This document shows, in pieces, positions 1 to 12,085 of a DNA stretch of 64,000 nt (its first letter is position 1; each line of letters starts with the position of its first letter). The notes under the pieces are model-generated. The model worked only from the letters and a program-made list of their open reading frames with translations, was not told the DNA's origin and searched no databases. The position numbers were made by a program, and so were the translations under genes. Source of the stretch: Podarcis erhardii (taxonomy: Eukaryota); the NCBI GenBank assembly GCA_964252035.1, contig OZ176204.1, one strand, 5' to 3'.

Positions 1-829
1 AAATATTTGGAAGTCTCTGCAAACAATTTTATAGCTTCTTAGCGTGTACTTTAATGGCTCCAGCTTCATTCCCGATGTATATTTTATAAAGTGCAAAGGC
101 TAACGCGTCGTCCGCCTCCCAGGCTGGGGATTTGGAGTTCCCTCCTGCCACTAACCCCTCCACCTCTGTCCCTTGGCCTGCCCTGCAGAGCCATCAGTTC
201 AACTGGCGCAAGCTGGGCTGCTCCAGCTCTCCGATATGACACAAACGATGGCCAGGCAAGAAATGATATTCGGCTCTTCCCACCCCCCACCCCGTCTCTT
301 TTTCTCCCTCCCTCCCTCCCTTCCCCCCGCCCTTTCCACACCTTGAACTGGAATTAATAATTCAATGAGAAGAAGACAAAGAGCTTGCATCCACTCAGAG
401 ACTCTGCTGTCTCAGGTCACCTCGTTTTCCAAAGCCAAAAAAATACAATATATAGATATATTAAAAAATCGGCACGGATCTCCATAGTGTGTCCCAGAGC
501 GCAAGGGATTGTGGGTGCCCTAGCTCGGCAGGGTTCCGGTGTCCCAGACCTCGCTTATGAAATTTACCAACAATTCAATTACTAAATTAACAAAACTCGA
601 TTACGCCACTGGGAGGAGGAAATATCCGACACCCCCAGAGTAGAGGACGGGCAGCCGAAGATTCTGCCTTGCCCACTGCTGTTTATCTGAGCACCGTACA
701 ATATGTGGTTGCATCTCAAAATCGCTGCATTCAGCGCTCTTGACTTGGGCTGCAACGAGCTGGGGCAGTCAAACGTCCTGAATTGAGGCTTGCGGTATCC
801 TCTCCTAGTATCTGTTCATATCTCAACAT

Positions 830-1005
830 GAAAGGGCCCTGGTTCAGGGTTATAGAATCTGATTTGCATGCAGAAGATACCAGGTTCAATATCCCGCATC
901 TGCAGATAGGGCTTGGGGGGAAACACCATCAGTGTATTGACTGGGTTAGATAGAATAGATGAGTCAATGGTCAGACTCAGTAGAAGTCAACGTCATGTGT
1001 TCCTA
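830..1005 (+). mobile_element. tRNA-derived SINE (Squam2-like), internally deleted and diverged
   Basis: tRNA-like head with B-box-type GGTTCAAT (TTTGCATGCAGAAGATACCAGGTTCAATATCCCGCATC) and a LINE-type tail (ATGGTCAGACTCAGTAGAAG...TGTGTTCCTA). Family name from recalled squamate SINE consensus, not from a search. Confidence 0.65.
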
Positions 1006-1794
1006 CAGAAAGTGAGAGAGAACCTGCAGGTCAGAGACTACACTAATATTGGGACCAACGATCTGATTCATTTCAACCTCCTTCCTTGGAGGCTTCTAAG
1101 CAGAGGTTGAATGACCATCTGTCATGGAATGGATGCTTCAGCTGAGTGTGGGATGTATTATTTATTATTAGAGCAGTCAAGTACAACGTTTTCCTGTTGC
1201 CTAGAATGGACACACAGGGGAATGTGGCTCCAGACAGGGAGGACTTCCTGTCATACCTGCTCTGGAGCTTCCTCCCCCTGTGTGTGACCAGGTAGATGGG
1301 CATGACTCTAGCTGACCAGATAAAATGGTTGGCTACACAACCATCTCTCTCTTGAACTCTTACTCTTACTCTTGGACTCTCGGTCTCCTGACTCTTAACC
1401 AGTTCATGGCTTAACCTTCACATAGAATGGAGCCCACAAGCAAAAAGCCTGAAACGTAGCTCAGACTTCTTTTCACTGTAACCACAAGATAAAGCCTTTA
1501 GTGCTGTGAACTAAATGTGAGTAAATGTGAGCAAAACTTTATAATTACTTTTAAAGAAGACTGTGTTGTTGTGTTGATATTAGTAAGAGGGAAATAAAGG
1601 GAAAACTTACCAGGAACAATCCAGACTGGACAATCCAGACTGGATTAATTAATTAAAGGATTCTAAGGAACCATCAACTTGCTTCCAATAAGCTGCAGTG
1701 GGAATCTGCTCTGCTGTTTACTCACTAGCGTGAGTGAGGAGGGATAATATCAAAACAATATATCCTCTCCTGCCTTCCTTAACATTCCCACACT

Positions 1795-1858
1795 AAGAAT
1801 CCTGCATTTCAGGAGTTTGGACTTGATAACCCTTGGGTCGCTTCCAACTCTATGGTTC
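1795..1858 (+). mobile_element. CR1-type LINE 3' terminal fragment
   Basis: CTGCATT...GGACTTGATAACCCTTGGGTCGCTTCCAACTCTATGGTTC resembles the stem-loop plus ATTCT-like tail of sauropsid CR1 3' ends (recalled consensus). Confidence 0.65.
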
Positions 1859-2160
1859 CTCCCAAGTCATCTTCCTATGTTTCCGCAGAACAGTTGCAGT
1901 AATGCCAAAGCCGTCTTGAGAACCTGCTGGTGAGCTGCAACGGTGCACACAGCTAGGTTGCCTGGACCCCACAGAACTTCTTAGAATGTAAGCTCCTAGG
2001 AGCAGGTTTACAACCTATGCCTTTGAAGCGTGGTTGGCTAAGGGCTTGGCCCGAAATCCTTCCTATCCTAGACGTTCAAGTGTACATGTTATGTGTTAAT
2101 GAAGGTCCAACTCACAAGGGCGGAAGGGCCATTCCACCACTTTGGCTAAGCCGGATCATT

Positions 2161-2290
2161 AACATAAGGAGAAGAGCTTGCTGGATCAGGCCAGTGGCCC
2201 ATCTAGTCCAACATCCTTTGCTCACAGCGGCCAACCAGATGCCCGTAGGAAACCCGCAAGCAGGTTTCGAGCACAAGTGTATTGTCTCCT
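2161..2290 (-). mobile_element. CR1/L2-group LINE 3' terminal fragment
   Basis: Reverse complement reads ...GGATGTTGGACTAGATGGGCCACTGGCCTGATCCAGCAAGCTCTTCTCCTTATGTT, a reptile LINE 3' end with a CTTATGTT tail. Confidence 0.7.
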
Positions 2291-2957
2291 CCTGCGGTTA
2301 CCGGCTACTGATACTCACTAGATTCATTGTCTTGGTGACTTTTGGGTAATGCTGGGCATGCAGGAGGGCGGAGGCTAATAGTAGACAAGCTCATTGATCA
2401 AGGCCCGGGTGAATCAGAAACTTGGGTCCATGATAACAGGGCTGCAGTGGTGAGGGTAATTTTAGACACTGTGTTTAGCTGTTTTACGGGCGCCCCCACT
2501 TTAGGTGACAAAGTGCATGACTTCACTTACTTCAAAATATGCTATGTTTCTAAGCACCCACATCAGGAGGAGATTCAGTCAGACCAGGCGCCCTGCGGGT
2601 AAAATGGGCGTCGGCCTCCTATTGGCCAACGTGAAATGAATCAAGAGCTGCCTGCTCAATTTACCTTTACAACGCGGAGGTTCTTGAGATAAAATAAAAT
2701 ATTTCGGGTTATTGCTCCCCCCCAAAAAATTAAGGTTTCACTCCCCCCCCACCTCAGAATTTTATTTTTAAAAGAAAGCAGTAAAAAGAGTGCATTTGTT
2801 CTTGTACCTGAAGCAGGTGATGTTTATGTAGAGACATCTGAAATGACAGCAGGAGAGGAGGCCAAATCTAATCAAGCCTAATAAACCGTGCGAGTCGAAA
2901 TGTCATTAAACCTGATCAAGATGAGTCTCTGAATCGCCGAAAAAGGTAAATGCCTTC

Positions 2958-3097
2958 NNNNNNNNNNNNNNNNNNNNNNNNNNNNNNNNNNNNNNNNNNN
3001 NNNNNNNNNNNNNNNNNNNNNNNNNNNNNNNNNNNNNNNNNNNNNNNNNNNNNNNNNNNNNNNNNNNNNNNNNNNNNNNNNNNNNNNNNNNNNNNNN
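2958..3097. other. assembly gap (140 N)
   Basis: Run of N. Confidence 1.
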
Positions 3098-4056
3098 GTC
3101 TGCAAGATTACACACGAGGTCCCATCTATCTGCTCTCAAACTGTGCCTTCGCCTTTCCCCGCGACATATTGTGCGACTGACAAGTGAAATAGTGCAGATA
3201 AACCAATGGTTTAAAACGTAATAAAGACAACAGCTATTTGCATTTTTTACATTTTATTACAAAGGTAATTTACTATGACACATTTTCGGGATGTCATCTC
3301 TAGAAAACATTGCCAAGCAATTAGAGAAATGTATACAACACCGAGGAGCCCGGGGTGGGGTGGAGAGAAGTCAGATAAAGGAGAATATTATGGATCATCA
3401 GAGGTTTTCTTTTCATATCGTAACACTTGGATTGGGGGCGGGGGTTCGAGGAAGGGGACCAGTTCAGCGAGAACAGAGGCCAGACCTTAACACAGAGAGG
3501 GCATAATAAAGCAACTTGATTCCATGCGGAAGGAACGTGGAATAACTTTCTGGGTGGTTTAAGAAGCCTGTCTAGATGTCTCCAGGGAACTCTGACGAGG
3601 TGGTGGCCAGGTCTCTGGGTCGGGGTGAGCAACCTCCCGCCCAAGGACTCGCTCTGGCGCTGAGCCTATTCTCATGCAGGTGGCAAGGAAGAGAGTGGGG
3701 AGGGGAGAGAGAAAGGGGTGACAGAATGAGAGAGGGAAAAGAGGGCGCCTTCTCCACTCCTGGCTTTGGCCCTGCCCACTGCCCACTGCCCTGAAGAGAC
3801 AGAAAAGGGTCGTGGGCCGGTTGGCAGTATGACTCAGGGACTCCATCACACGAGGAGAGGACCACGAGAGGGTGAGAGCGCAGCTGGAGTAAAAATTTAG
3901 AAAGCAGCCGATCTCAACAGCAACTTTTCTGCAAATGGGGCTGCGTCTTCTCCACTCCAAGCTCTTCGCGTGTATCTGTGGCGTTGGCTTCTGGAATTGC
4001 TGTTTGTTTTACAGGAACGGTTGCTACCCCCAGGATATGGTGTCTTTACTTCTGTG

Positions 4057-4146
4057 AAGCCCGAGACTGTGAATGATTACTCGGAAACAAATCCCATTGT
4101 ATCCAATGAAGCTTCCTCCCAAGGAAGGGTCTATAGGATTACCCTG
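4057..4146. mobile_element. degenerate ~100-bp palindromic MITE-like repeat
   Basis: Core TACTCGGAAACAAATCCCATTGTATCCAATGAAGCTTCCTCCCAAG...ATAGGATT matches the family seen elsewhere in the window (for example 59970-60066). Confidence 0.5.
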
Positions 4147-5379
4147 GAGTTGCTAGCATGTGCCACTCCAATAAGTGTCAAAGGATGAATTCTAGGGGTT
4201 CAGTTAAAGCGACCAGCGTTCAGCAACTAAATCTTAATATCCTTCATTTCTACCTCCGCCCACTTCGCATTTCCATTCTTTGCTTAGAATATATAGTAAA
4301 ATCTCAGCCAGCCTATAAAAAGAGGTTTTATTACAGAATCTGTCCAGGTCTTTTAATCATGCATGATTTAGACAGGCGGGAAATCTTGGAGGCCGCCAGC
4401 AGATCTTGTTCCCTACTGAGAGACAGAGTGTCAGAACCCCCTTTCTTCACATCTATTAAATCCCTCTCTCCCTCTCCAAAATTTGTCACAAGTGGAATCC
4501 GATTTATTGGGGAGAGGGTGCGGTATGGGCTGCCTTGAACCTCAAATCTGGTCTCAAGAGTTTAAAGTATCAACTACCCTTTCCACCGAGGCTTTATAAA
4601 CTAAAGGAACTCCTTTGACATGCCTCCAAGTTTATAAGGGCTTACTTCCAGGGAGGCGTGTGCGCATGTTAACACAACTGACGCCGTCTAAATTTAAGCT
4701 TTCGGAGAAAGATTACGGAAAATCCCGAGGAAATTGATCTTTCAAATATTTTGTTCAGCAAGAGTTTGGTTTCCTTGCGGCAAATTCAGAAGGAGTTGAC
4801 CCCTCCGTGCTCCCTCGTTCTAAGGTTTTGTGGCTTTCAGCTAACATGCGAATCCAAACTATATATCCGGAGTAAAATCCCACTGATTTCAGCGGGTCCT
4901 GCTTCCCAGTGGAACCTGCTTAGGGTGGCAGGCCTCAGGCTGACCTTAACCCAGTGCCTTCGCCGCTTTCGGCTGCTACGTGTTTAGATATACACCTGAG
5001 ATGCTAAAACACATAACGTATGGAAAGGACATCCATGGGTTTACAAGCAGCTGTGTCACACAGGTACGCACTACAGGGAGAAATGTTTGACTGAAGCTCT
5101 TTTTTTTTTTTTTTTAAAAAAAAAAGGCTATTTGTCGACAAACTCGGGTATCCTTTTGCGTAACGTGTGAAGCGGCTCTTAGGATGGAGATTGATTTTTC
5201 TCTCCGGTCTGGTCCTCAGGGAAGATTGCCTTATACATCTTATGTGCAGAGGTCAAGACCCAAGAGCTTTTGACCAGCAAGGAATAAAGGGCATCTTGGG
5301 AAATGTGTCTCTCCTTGAAATATCCCTATTCCGCACCACCGCTCCAATTGTTAGTTTGCGTTTATGGATGAGATTAGGG

Positions 5380-6130
5380 AGGCTGTGAGGTCCTTACTCC
5401 TCTTTCTGCAGCATCTCCTCAGCGAGTCTCCCTTTCCCCGCCTCGGTCCGCTTGCAGCGCAGGTCCACCACGTGCAGCCTAAGGTCAAGGGAAGGGCGTT
5501 TCCTGGCTGGTCGAGTCTGATGCACCGGCTGCAGGACTTGGAGACTGGACAACTGGGCGGTAATAAAGAAGAAACACTGTGACTCTGGGAGGGGGGAATC
5601 TGGACTGTGGACTGGCCAAAGAACTTGGGTAAATCCCAGGAAGAAATCCCCCACTCCTCTTGAACACCGCCCATCCATCCATCCATTTATTCACTCACTC
5701 ACTCATTCATTCCTGGCCACCGAGCTTGCGCAAGAGAATTTCCCACTGGGCGGCCGGTACCTTCCTCGGCCAGCAGAGTCCAAGTTCGCCCCTTCGAAGT
5801 GGCCGGCGCCTTTGGAGGTTTACCGGACGTGTCAGCCCCGCCGGGCCGGCCAATCGCTGGGTAACAAATGGCCATGGTGAAAAGACCACATTGTCCTCTG
5901 GGCGCAGCAATCCATAAGTGGCCCCGCTTCTGGCTGAATGGCCGGTGTTTTGATGACTTATAGTATATGCAAAAACAAACTTTCCCGCGGTGGCCTTTTT
6001 AAAAGGGGGTGGGGAGAATCCGTCATGCTTTCCTTTCCCAAACAGCCCCGATTATTTTAAAAAGAAAAGGAGGGGGGCGAAAGAACACCCCGAAATGATA
6101 AATCGCGTGGCAAAGCTAATGGCTGGAGGG
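5380..6130. promoter_or_regulatory. CpG-rich distal element, putative enhancer or CpG island downstream of ZIC4
   Basis: Locally dense CpG (GGCCGGCGCC, CCCCGCCGGGCCGGCCAATCG) with CCAAT and Sox-like (CATTGTC) motifs; no convincing ORF. Confidence 0.5.
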
Positions 6131-6264
6131 CGCGTTTACCAATTCATAATCATTTATTCTTGGTGATGTATGACCCTTACTCTTAAATCTCAAAAGCTTC
6201 TATTTGAAGGTGTAAATAGCTTTTTTTTTCCCCCTTGCAGTAAACCTTCCTGCATTAGCAGTGA

Positions 6265-6412
6265 NNNNNNNNNNNNNNNNNNNNNNNNNNNNNNNNNNNN
6301 NNNNNNNNNNNNNNNNNNNNNNNNNNNNNNNNNNNNNNNNNNNNNNNNNNNNNNNNNNNNNNNNNNNNNNNNNNNNNNNNNNNNNNNNNNNNNNNNNNNN
6401 NNNNNNNNNNNN
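6265..6412. other. assembly gap (148 N)
   Basis: Run of N. Confidence 1.
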
Positions 6413-8245
6413 GCCGTTATTTTCTCTTAGACCCCCGCGGTTGTTATACATCGAATTAAAAAGTGGTCTTTTAGCATCATTTTTTTTTCTTCCAGTGGCA
6501 ACTAAACGCCATTTAATGGGAAAAACAAATGTTGACATGCCTCTTTGAAGGAAGTGTATTTCCTGGCAAGACATCAAAGTGTTTTAAACTGTATTGGCGG
6601 GCGGGGGCGGGAAGCGGGCTGGGCGAGATCTTAGCTTTCTATTAGTCCAAGCCTACGGTAATGTCAGAAAGAAACCGCTTGGTGTTCCTAGAGGGGAGGG
6701 GAGGGAAGACGAAAGAGAAAGGTGGAGAGAGGGGAAGCTGGCTGGAGGTTTTTGCTGGATCCACGTATACCTGGGGATTTGAGTCATGTTAGGTCACCAC
6801 CAGGCAGCGATGGCTGCTCAAATTCTGAAACCGCGAGTGCATGCCCCGAATTAGTGCATAGCAAAGGAAAGCAGTGCATGCAACGCGAGAAAGTTTGCCA
6901 ATGCAACTGGCACATGTCAGAAACCGGAAGGAGGGATTCCTGGGATGAGAGGGTCAAGGCCGCCCATTTCATTACCAACAGCATTTTGAATCCCCGTTGA
7001 TTTCAATGGTCATGAAATCTGGTGCCGCGGCTCTGGCTCTGTAATCGGTGAGAGCTAGAAGACGCTGAAGCTGAACCGCCAAGACACCTAGAAGAGGACC
7101 GCCGAGACAGGAGGTCTGCAGGAAGGGGAAGGAGAGTTCATGCTAACTCCCAGCAGCTTCTGTTGGATATGTTAAGGATTTGAGCGGAGTTGCTGAGTTT
7201 GAAGACCATTTGTTGCGTTCCGGGAATGATGGTCCATTAATAGCCAAGGAATATAGTCCTCAGTCCATCTGAGATCTATAATACATTTGGGTGAGTGGGA
7301 GTTAACCCTCCTCACTGCCTATGGTACAGAACATACCTCATTCCTAAGCTTTTGCAGGAAAGTCGATTGAAATGACCGACTTAGGCCTGTTCACACGTGC
7401 AAAGTGTGAAGGCATTCATTTTGTTGGGAAATATTTGTCTCACACGACGACATTTGTATAGTTGACGTCAGGGAGGCTCCCTCCCAGCCGAACTTCGGGG
7501 TGCCTATTGGAGTCTTTAATAAAGAAAATCCAGCAGGCATTTTAATTGAAGTCTGATTTTATAGTTTTAACCGAGTTTTACATTTTCTGAATTGTAATTC
7601 ATGCACACTGCTCACAGATGAACGTAGTTAAGCGGTATATAAATCATCTAATGAAACAAAATAAAGAGTCAAAGTGGCAGGACTGATTGCAGCTACGAGT
7701 TGAGCATCTCTACCGGTGAATCACCTGTGTTTGTTGCTGTCTAATGTGCGGGATGGCTCTTACCTGACGGGGGCGGTGTCATCTTGCAACAATCATAACC
7801 TGAGTTTATCTCAGCTGGAATGTCCAAGCCCTCTCATTTGAGAATGAGGACACGGTCGCAAGGAAGGCTCTGCTTCTGGAAGCTTATCCGTAGAGAATGT
7901 TGAGGAGGGGGCTGTAATAAGGACACCATGACTCCCTCTCCCACAAGAAGCTCAACCTCAGAGCACCCTTTTAAGATGGATCACTTAAAAGCGGAGAATG
8001 TCCCGTTTGTCTATCGAGAAATAAGAGAAGCATCTTTATATTAAGATTTTTCGGAATACAGACTTTTTTTTGGGGGGGGAAGCAACCAGTCTTCACTCCA
8101 AAAAACACATAATTGTTCCTCAGAGATGTTCAGAGAAAAATGTCCAGAGGTGCTGCTTCTTTTTAGATTCTATACATCCAGCCTGTTGTTGCTGTTATGG
8201 GATATGCCAACGACCTGTTTTGGCTTAATCCCATTAACTTCCACC

Positions 8246-8343
8246 TTAGAGAGCGATCTTACGCATGGCTCCTCGAAGGTAAACCCTGCTGTCTTCAATG
8301 GCGTTTACTCACGAGTGAGCGTGCTTAGAATGACAGCCTTAAG
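8246..8343. mobile_element. palindromic MITE-like repeat
   Basis: TTA-GAGAGCGATCTTA...CTTCAATGGCGTTTACTCACGAG...TTAGAATGACAGCC-TTA; TWA at both ends. Confidence 0.55.
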
Positions 8344-9003
8344 CAGGTCTTTTCTTATTCGCCTTTGACTATAGCTAATGTCCTCTCCTGATTTCCCACC
8401 CCACCCGCCTTGTCCCTCTGCTGTTTTATTGTTGGATTACGATTCTATTTGTATGGACAAATTTTAATTGTGCCCCGCTTCGGAAATCGATATGATTGAA
8501 AGGCGAGCTAAAAATAGAACTAAACAAACAAACAAGACAAACATGGCTACGTTAAAGAACCAGAGCAACAGCCACTGCCTGTTGCTGTCTGCTCAGATAC
8601 CCAAACATAAACAAACAAACCTCGCCACTCCGATAGCGCTCACCCTGTTCAACCTAAGCTTCTGTATGTTTGTTTACTCCTTTCCGCTTGCTTCAAAGGG
8701 ACTTACTTCCGGGTTAGTGTCCTTTGGGTTAGAGACTCGGAGTACAGTCCTGTCCATGTTTATTCAGAAGAACTAAGGCCCCTTGAATTCCATGGGATTT
8801 GCTCTCAAGTAAGTGCGATTAGGATTGCAAACCCAGTGACAAGGGTTGCGCCTGATTTGTGCTTTAAAAACAACAACAAGGTTTCGTGTTACACAGGATT
8901 CTTCAGCTACAGTTGATTGGATGATTAAAATAAAAAAGCAAATAAAGTAAATAAAATATATTCTCATTGTTGACCCCCAAGTTGCTTTTTAGAAAGTCAG
9001 GCA

Positions 9004-9105
9004 CTTCTTCTTCTTCTTCTTATTATTATTATTATTATTATTATTGCTGTTGTTATTAGTAGTAGTGATAATAGTAGTAGTAATAATAAAATAGCAGTAG
9101 TATTC
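9004..9105. repeat. compound trinucleotide microsatellite (CTT)n(ATT)n(AGT)n
   Basis: Read directly from the sequence. Confidence 0.95.
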
Positions 9106-10033
9106 TTACCCACCCTTCATCATAAGATTCCACCGAGGGTGGCAGCAGTGTAAAAGCCCACTATTGTTTGTGGCTGTGTATTCTGCGTATGTGTGCATGT
9201 GTGTACATGTACGCCTACATACACACCATATGTATACCCATTCCTCTGAGTCCTCGCCCGTCTCTAAGCAGTTGACTTTAATGCTAAGGTTTTCTTCCTC
9301 CTGAAAAATGTGCGGGTCTTTTATTGTTTCTGTAGAACTATAGAAAAGGAACTGAGAGGAAATCCCCCCTCTCCTCAAAAACAAAACAAAACACTAAACA
9401 AAAACTCAACTTGACCAAGGGGAAATAGCTGGGGATTATTTGCCTGGGACTTCCAAACAGCCGGTGGAGGTGAATGACCTCCCATCACAACGTAACATAT
9501 TTGCGTTTACTTTTTGTTTTTTGGTTTTTTCCCGCGGGCAGGGCAATGTATTCCCCCTTGAAGGAAAATGTGGTTTGGACACTTTTTCTTCTTTTATTTA
9601 AGAAGAGAGAGAGAGAGAGAATGAGACCTCAAAACGATGTTACAATGAAGAAGAAGAAAAAAAACCGGACAAATTAGGAGCCATTTTCCCTGATCAAAGG
9701 CAAGCAAGCGAAAACGAGTCTGGGCATTCAGCGAGCTTGACTTATTCAGACAACTTCTTTGGAGAGCAGGGCCAACAAGCGTGTCTTCCATTGAAAAGGA
9801 GCCTCTATTCAGGATGCAGGTGCGAAGTGGTGCGGCGCATCGGGCACATTATGCGGAGGTTGTTGGAGATTAGTGCACAGCCTTAATAACTAAAGCGCTT
9901 GATTTACATTGGGAGGCGGGGGGGGGGGGAGGAGAGAGAGAGAACTAAGACTCCTCATCCGTGAAAGCAAAATCATTGAACTCCGGATCATTTCGAGTGC
10001 TCCTGATATCCTAATACTTGGCATTGTTCTGTG

Positions 10034-10111
10034 GAAGAAGAAGAAGAAGAAGAAGAAGAAGAAGAAGAAGAAGAAGAAGAAGAAGAAGAAGAAGAAGAAG
10101 AAGAAGAAGAA
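10034..10111 (+). repeat. (GAA)26 pure trinucleotide repeat
   Basis: 78 nt uninterrupted; explains the poly-E and poly-K spurious ORFs. Confidence 0.98.
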
Positions 10112-10995
10112 AGTCTCAGAGCATTCCGGATTGATTCATTTACAGCCAATGAACTCTGCTCCGAACTGGGGCGGGAGGTGACGCGGGAGGTGGTTCTGGG
10201 ACAGGAAATGAAAGGGAGAGAGGGAGGTTTTCCATTTGAATAAAGAAGCCAACTCCAAAAGATCCCTTCCCTAAAATAAAAAAAGGACTCTCCCCCTCCC
10301 CACTATATTTGCATACAGTGCACCAAAGTCCAGCCGGTCTCTCCCCCACCCAGCCCCTACCCCGCCTCTTTCTCCTCCTATTAATATTCCTTCCAAGAAC
10401 CAAATAACAAACTTTGCCTTTCTTCTTGCAAATGCAATTAGTTGCAAAGACAAACTAGGCGAAGGAGGGAAAGAGAAATCGACCTCTGCCTACGCTGGAT
10501 CGAGAAGCACGTGGGCTCGATTCAGTCACTCGCTCACGCGCACACACATTATGGAGTGAATCTGGATCTGACCCAGGGAATTCCAAAATCCTTCGTGGAG
10601 CGATCCAACTGTCACCGATGAAGTCAGCGTCAAGAGCCCCGCTGCCCTAGGCAGAGGAAGACACAAATCAGTTTGGGATGTGGGGCTTGGACTTTTTAGG
10701 TGGTGGGAGAGCAAATGAAATGGAACGACCCAAATCCTCTTGTTGGCAGCCCAAGTCTCGAATTGAAGGGCTTGGGATTTCAGCCTTTGACAGTTCATTT
10801 CTATAGCGGTCCCACCGATTTCAGCGGAATTTCTTACCTGCGAGGAACGAGTCCTAAGAATACCTACACATACTGGGTAGGTTTAGGTGACTTACTTCCA
10901 AATAAACATGTTGAGAATCGGGTTTAAGTTAAGCTGCACTTGGGTTTCTCCCACACTGAACTAAAAAGGGTTGACACCCACATTACACTAACATC

Positions 10996-11129
10996 CCACC
11001 TTTCTTCCAAGGAGCACGCGGTGGCGTAGATAGTTCTCCCTGCCCTCATTTGATCCCCGCAACAACCCTGTGAGGTAGGCTAGGCTGAGGGACAACGACT
11101 GGCCAGGGTCACCTAAAGAACTTCATGGC
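10996..11129 (-). mobile_element. CORE-type tRNA SINE fragment (Squam3-like)
   Basis: CAACAACCCTGTGAGGTAGGCTAGGCTGAG...GACTGGCCAGGGTCACC...CTTCATGGC is the reverse complement of the recalled CORE-like SINE body; second copy at 11495-11727. Confidence 0.7.
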
Positions 11130-11494
11130 ATGTGAGTGCCTTCCTCCTCTCCTCCAGACTCTTCGTAACCAGACTCGTCAGGAGTTAGAGGGCGGGGCTT
11201 CGGTCAGGGGGCGTGACCAGGTGTGACACGTGATGCAGCTCCTTTGATGAAGAGATATAGCAGTGCCTAGAATGGAGACGCCCTGGGAATGCTCTTTAGG
11301 CCGCCTTCAACCCAGTCGAGGTAATGCCAGTCGAGTATCTGAAAGCCTTTCAGTGCTTTCCAGCATATACCACCAGAACAACCCTCAGTTTCTTGCATTG
11401 GAGAAATAATGACCACTGCTTGAGGTCAGATTTGCTGATATTTTGGTGCGGCCCAAGCCTGCGCACAGTAGAGATGGGTTGAATTGGCTTTATT

Positions 11495-11727
11495 TCATTC
11501 CATGTTTATGCCACCCTTCCTTCAAGGATCTAGAGGAGAGAGGGGCGCACATATTTCTCCATTTGCCTCTTACTGTTTAACAACAACCCTGTGAGTTAGG
11601 CTAAGCCGAGAGGAGGTAACCAGCCCAAGATGGTGCAGGGAGCTTCACAACTGGGTATGGGTGGAGAATCTGAACCTGGGTTTTCTTGAGTTGTAGTCCA
11701 ACAAGCAAAGAAGCTACACTATACTGA
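11495..11727 (-). mobile_element. CORE-type tRNA SINE (Squam3-like), near full length and diverged
   Basis: Shares CAACAACCCTGTGAG...AGGCTAAGCCGAG...CCCAAG with the 10996 copy and continues into a tRNA-like head (TGAACCTGGG...GTAGTCCAAC...CTACACTATACTG). Confidence 0.7.
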
Positions 11728-11734
11728 CGGGAAG

Positions 11735-12085
11735 AGTGAAGTGGACATAGGATTGCAGCAGCGTCAGTGTGGTGCAATGGTTTACTAGTTTACTCCCAAG
11801 TAAACGCCGTTGGACACAGCGGGATTTACGTTTCACTAAAAGTAGTTAGGATCACACTCTTAGAGGAGAGTGTTTAACTACAACTGGGCTTAACAATGAA
11901 AAGCATCTGATAACTCTCCTTTTTTAGAACTGCAGTCCTAAATTAATAGGTTTAAATCCTATTTATTTAGCTTGTGGGCAACCTTCAGAGTAGACTTCAG
12001 GGGCGATCCTAGCCCCATTTACCTGGGAGCAAGTCCATTTGATTTAACTACTTATGAGTAGACGTGGCTACTTTTGTGCTGTTAA
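11735..12085. mobile_element. several palindromic MITE-like repeat copies
   Basis: CATAGGATTGCAGC; TTTACTCCCAAGTAAACGCCGTTGGACACAGCGGGATTTAC...TAGGATCACACTC; GGGCGATCCTA...TTTACCTGGGAGCAAGTCCATT...ACTTATGAGTAGAC. Confidence 0.55.

Noticed and set aside
1616-1643. Short direct duplications (14 bp here; 16 bp at 24931 and 24961; 12 bp at 36783 and 36796)
   Set aside because: Ordinary slippage duplications; two units only, with no CRISPR-like or array structure.
7764-7911. Minus-strand TTATTACAG| ... CAG|GTAAGA exon candidate
   Set aside because: Poor polypyrimidine tract; a single strong donor is expected by chance in this length.
9909-10243. Poly-Lys and poly-Glu ORFs
   Set aside because: Translations of the (GAA)26 microsatellite.
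11185-11260. GC box, E-box and TCF-like motif cluster
   Set aside because: Lies between SINE copies and may be repeat-derived; no other support.
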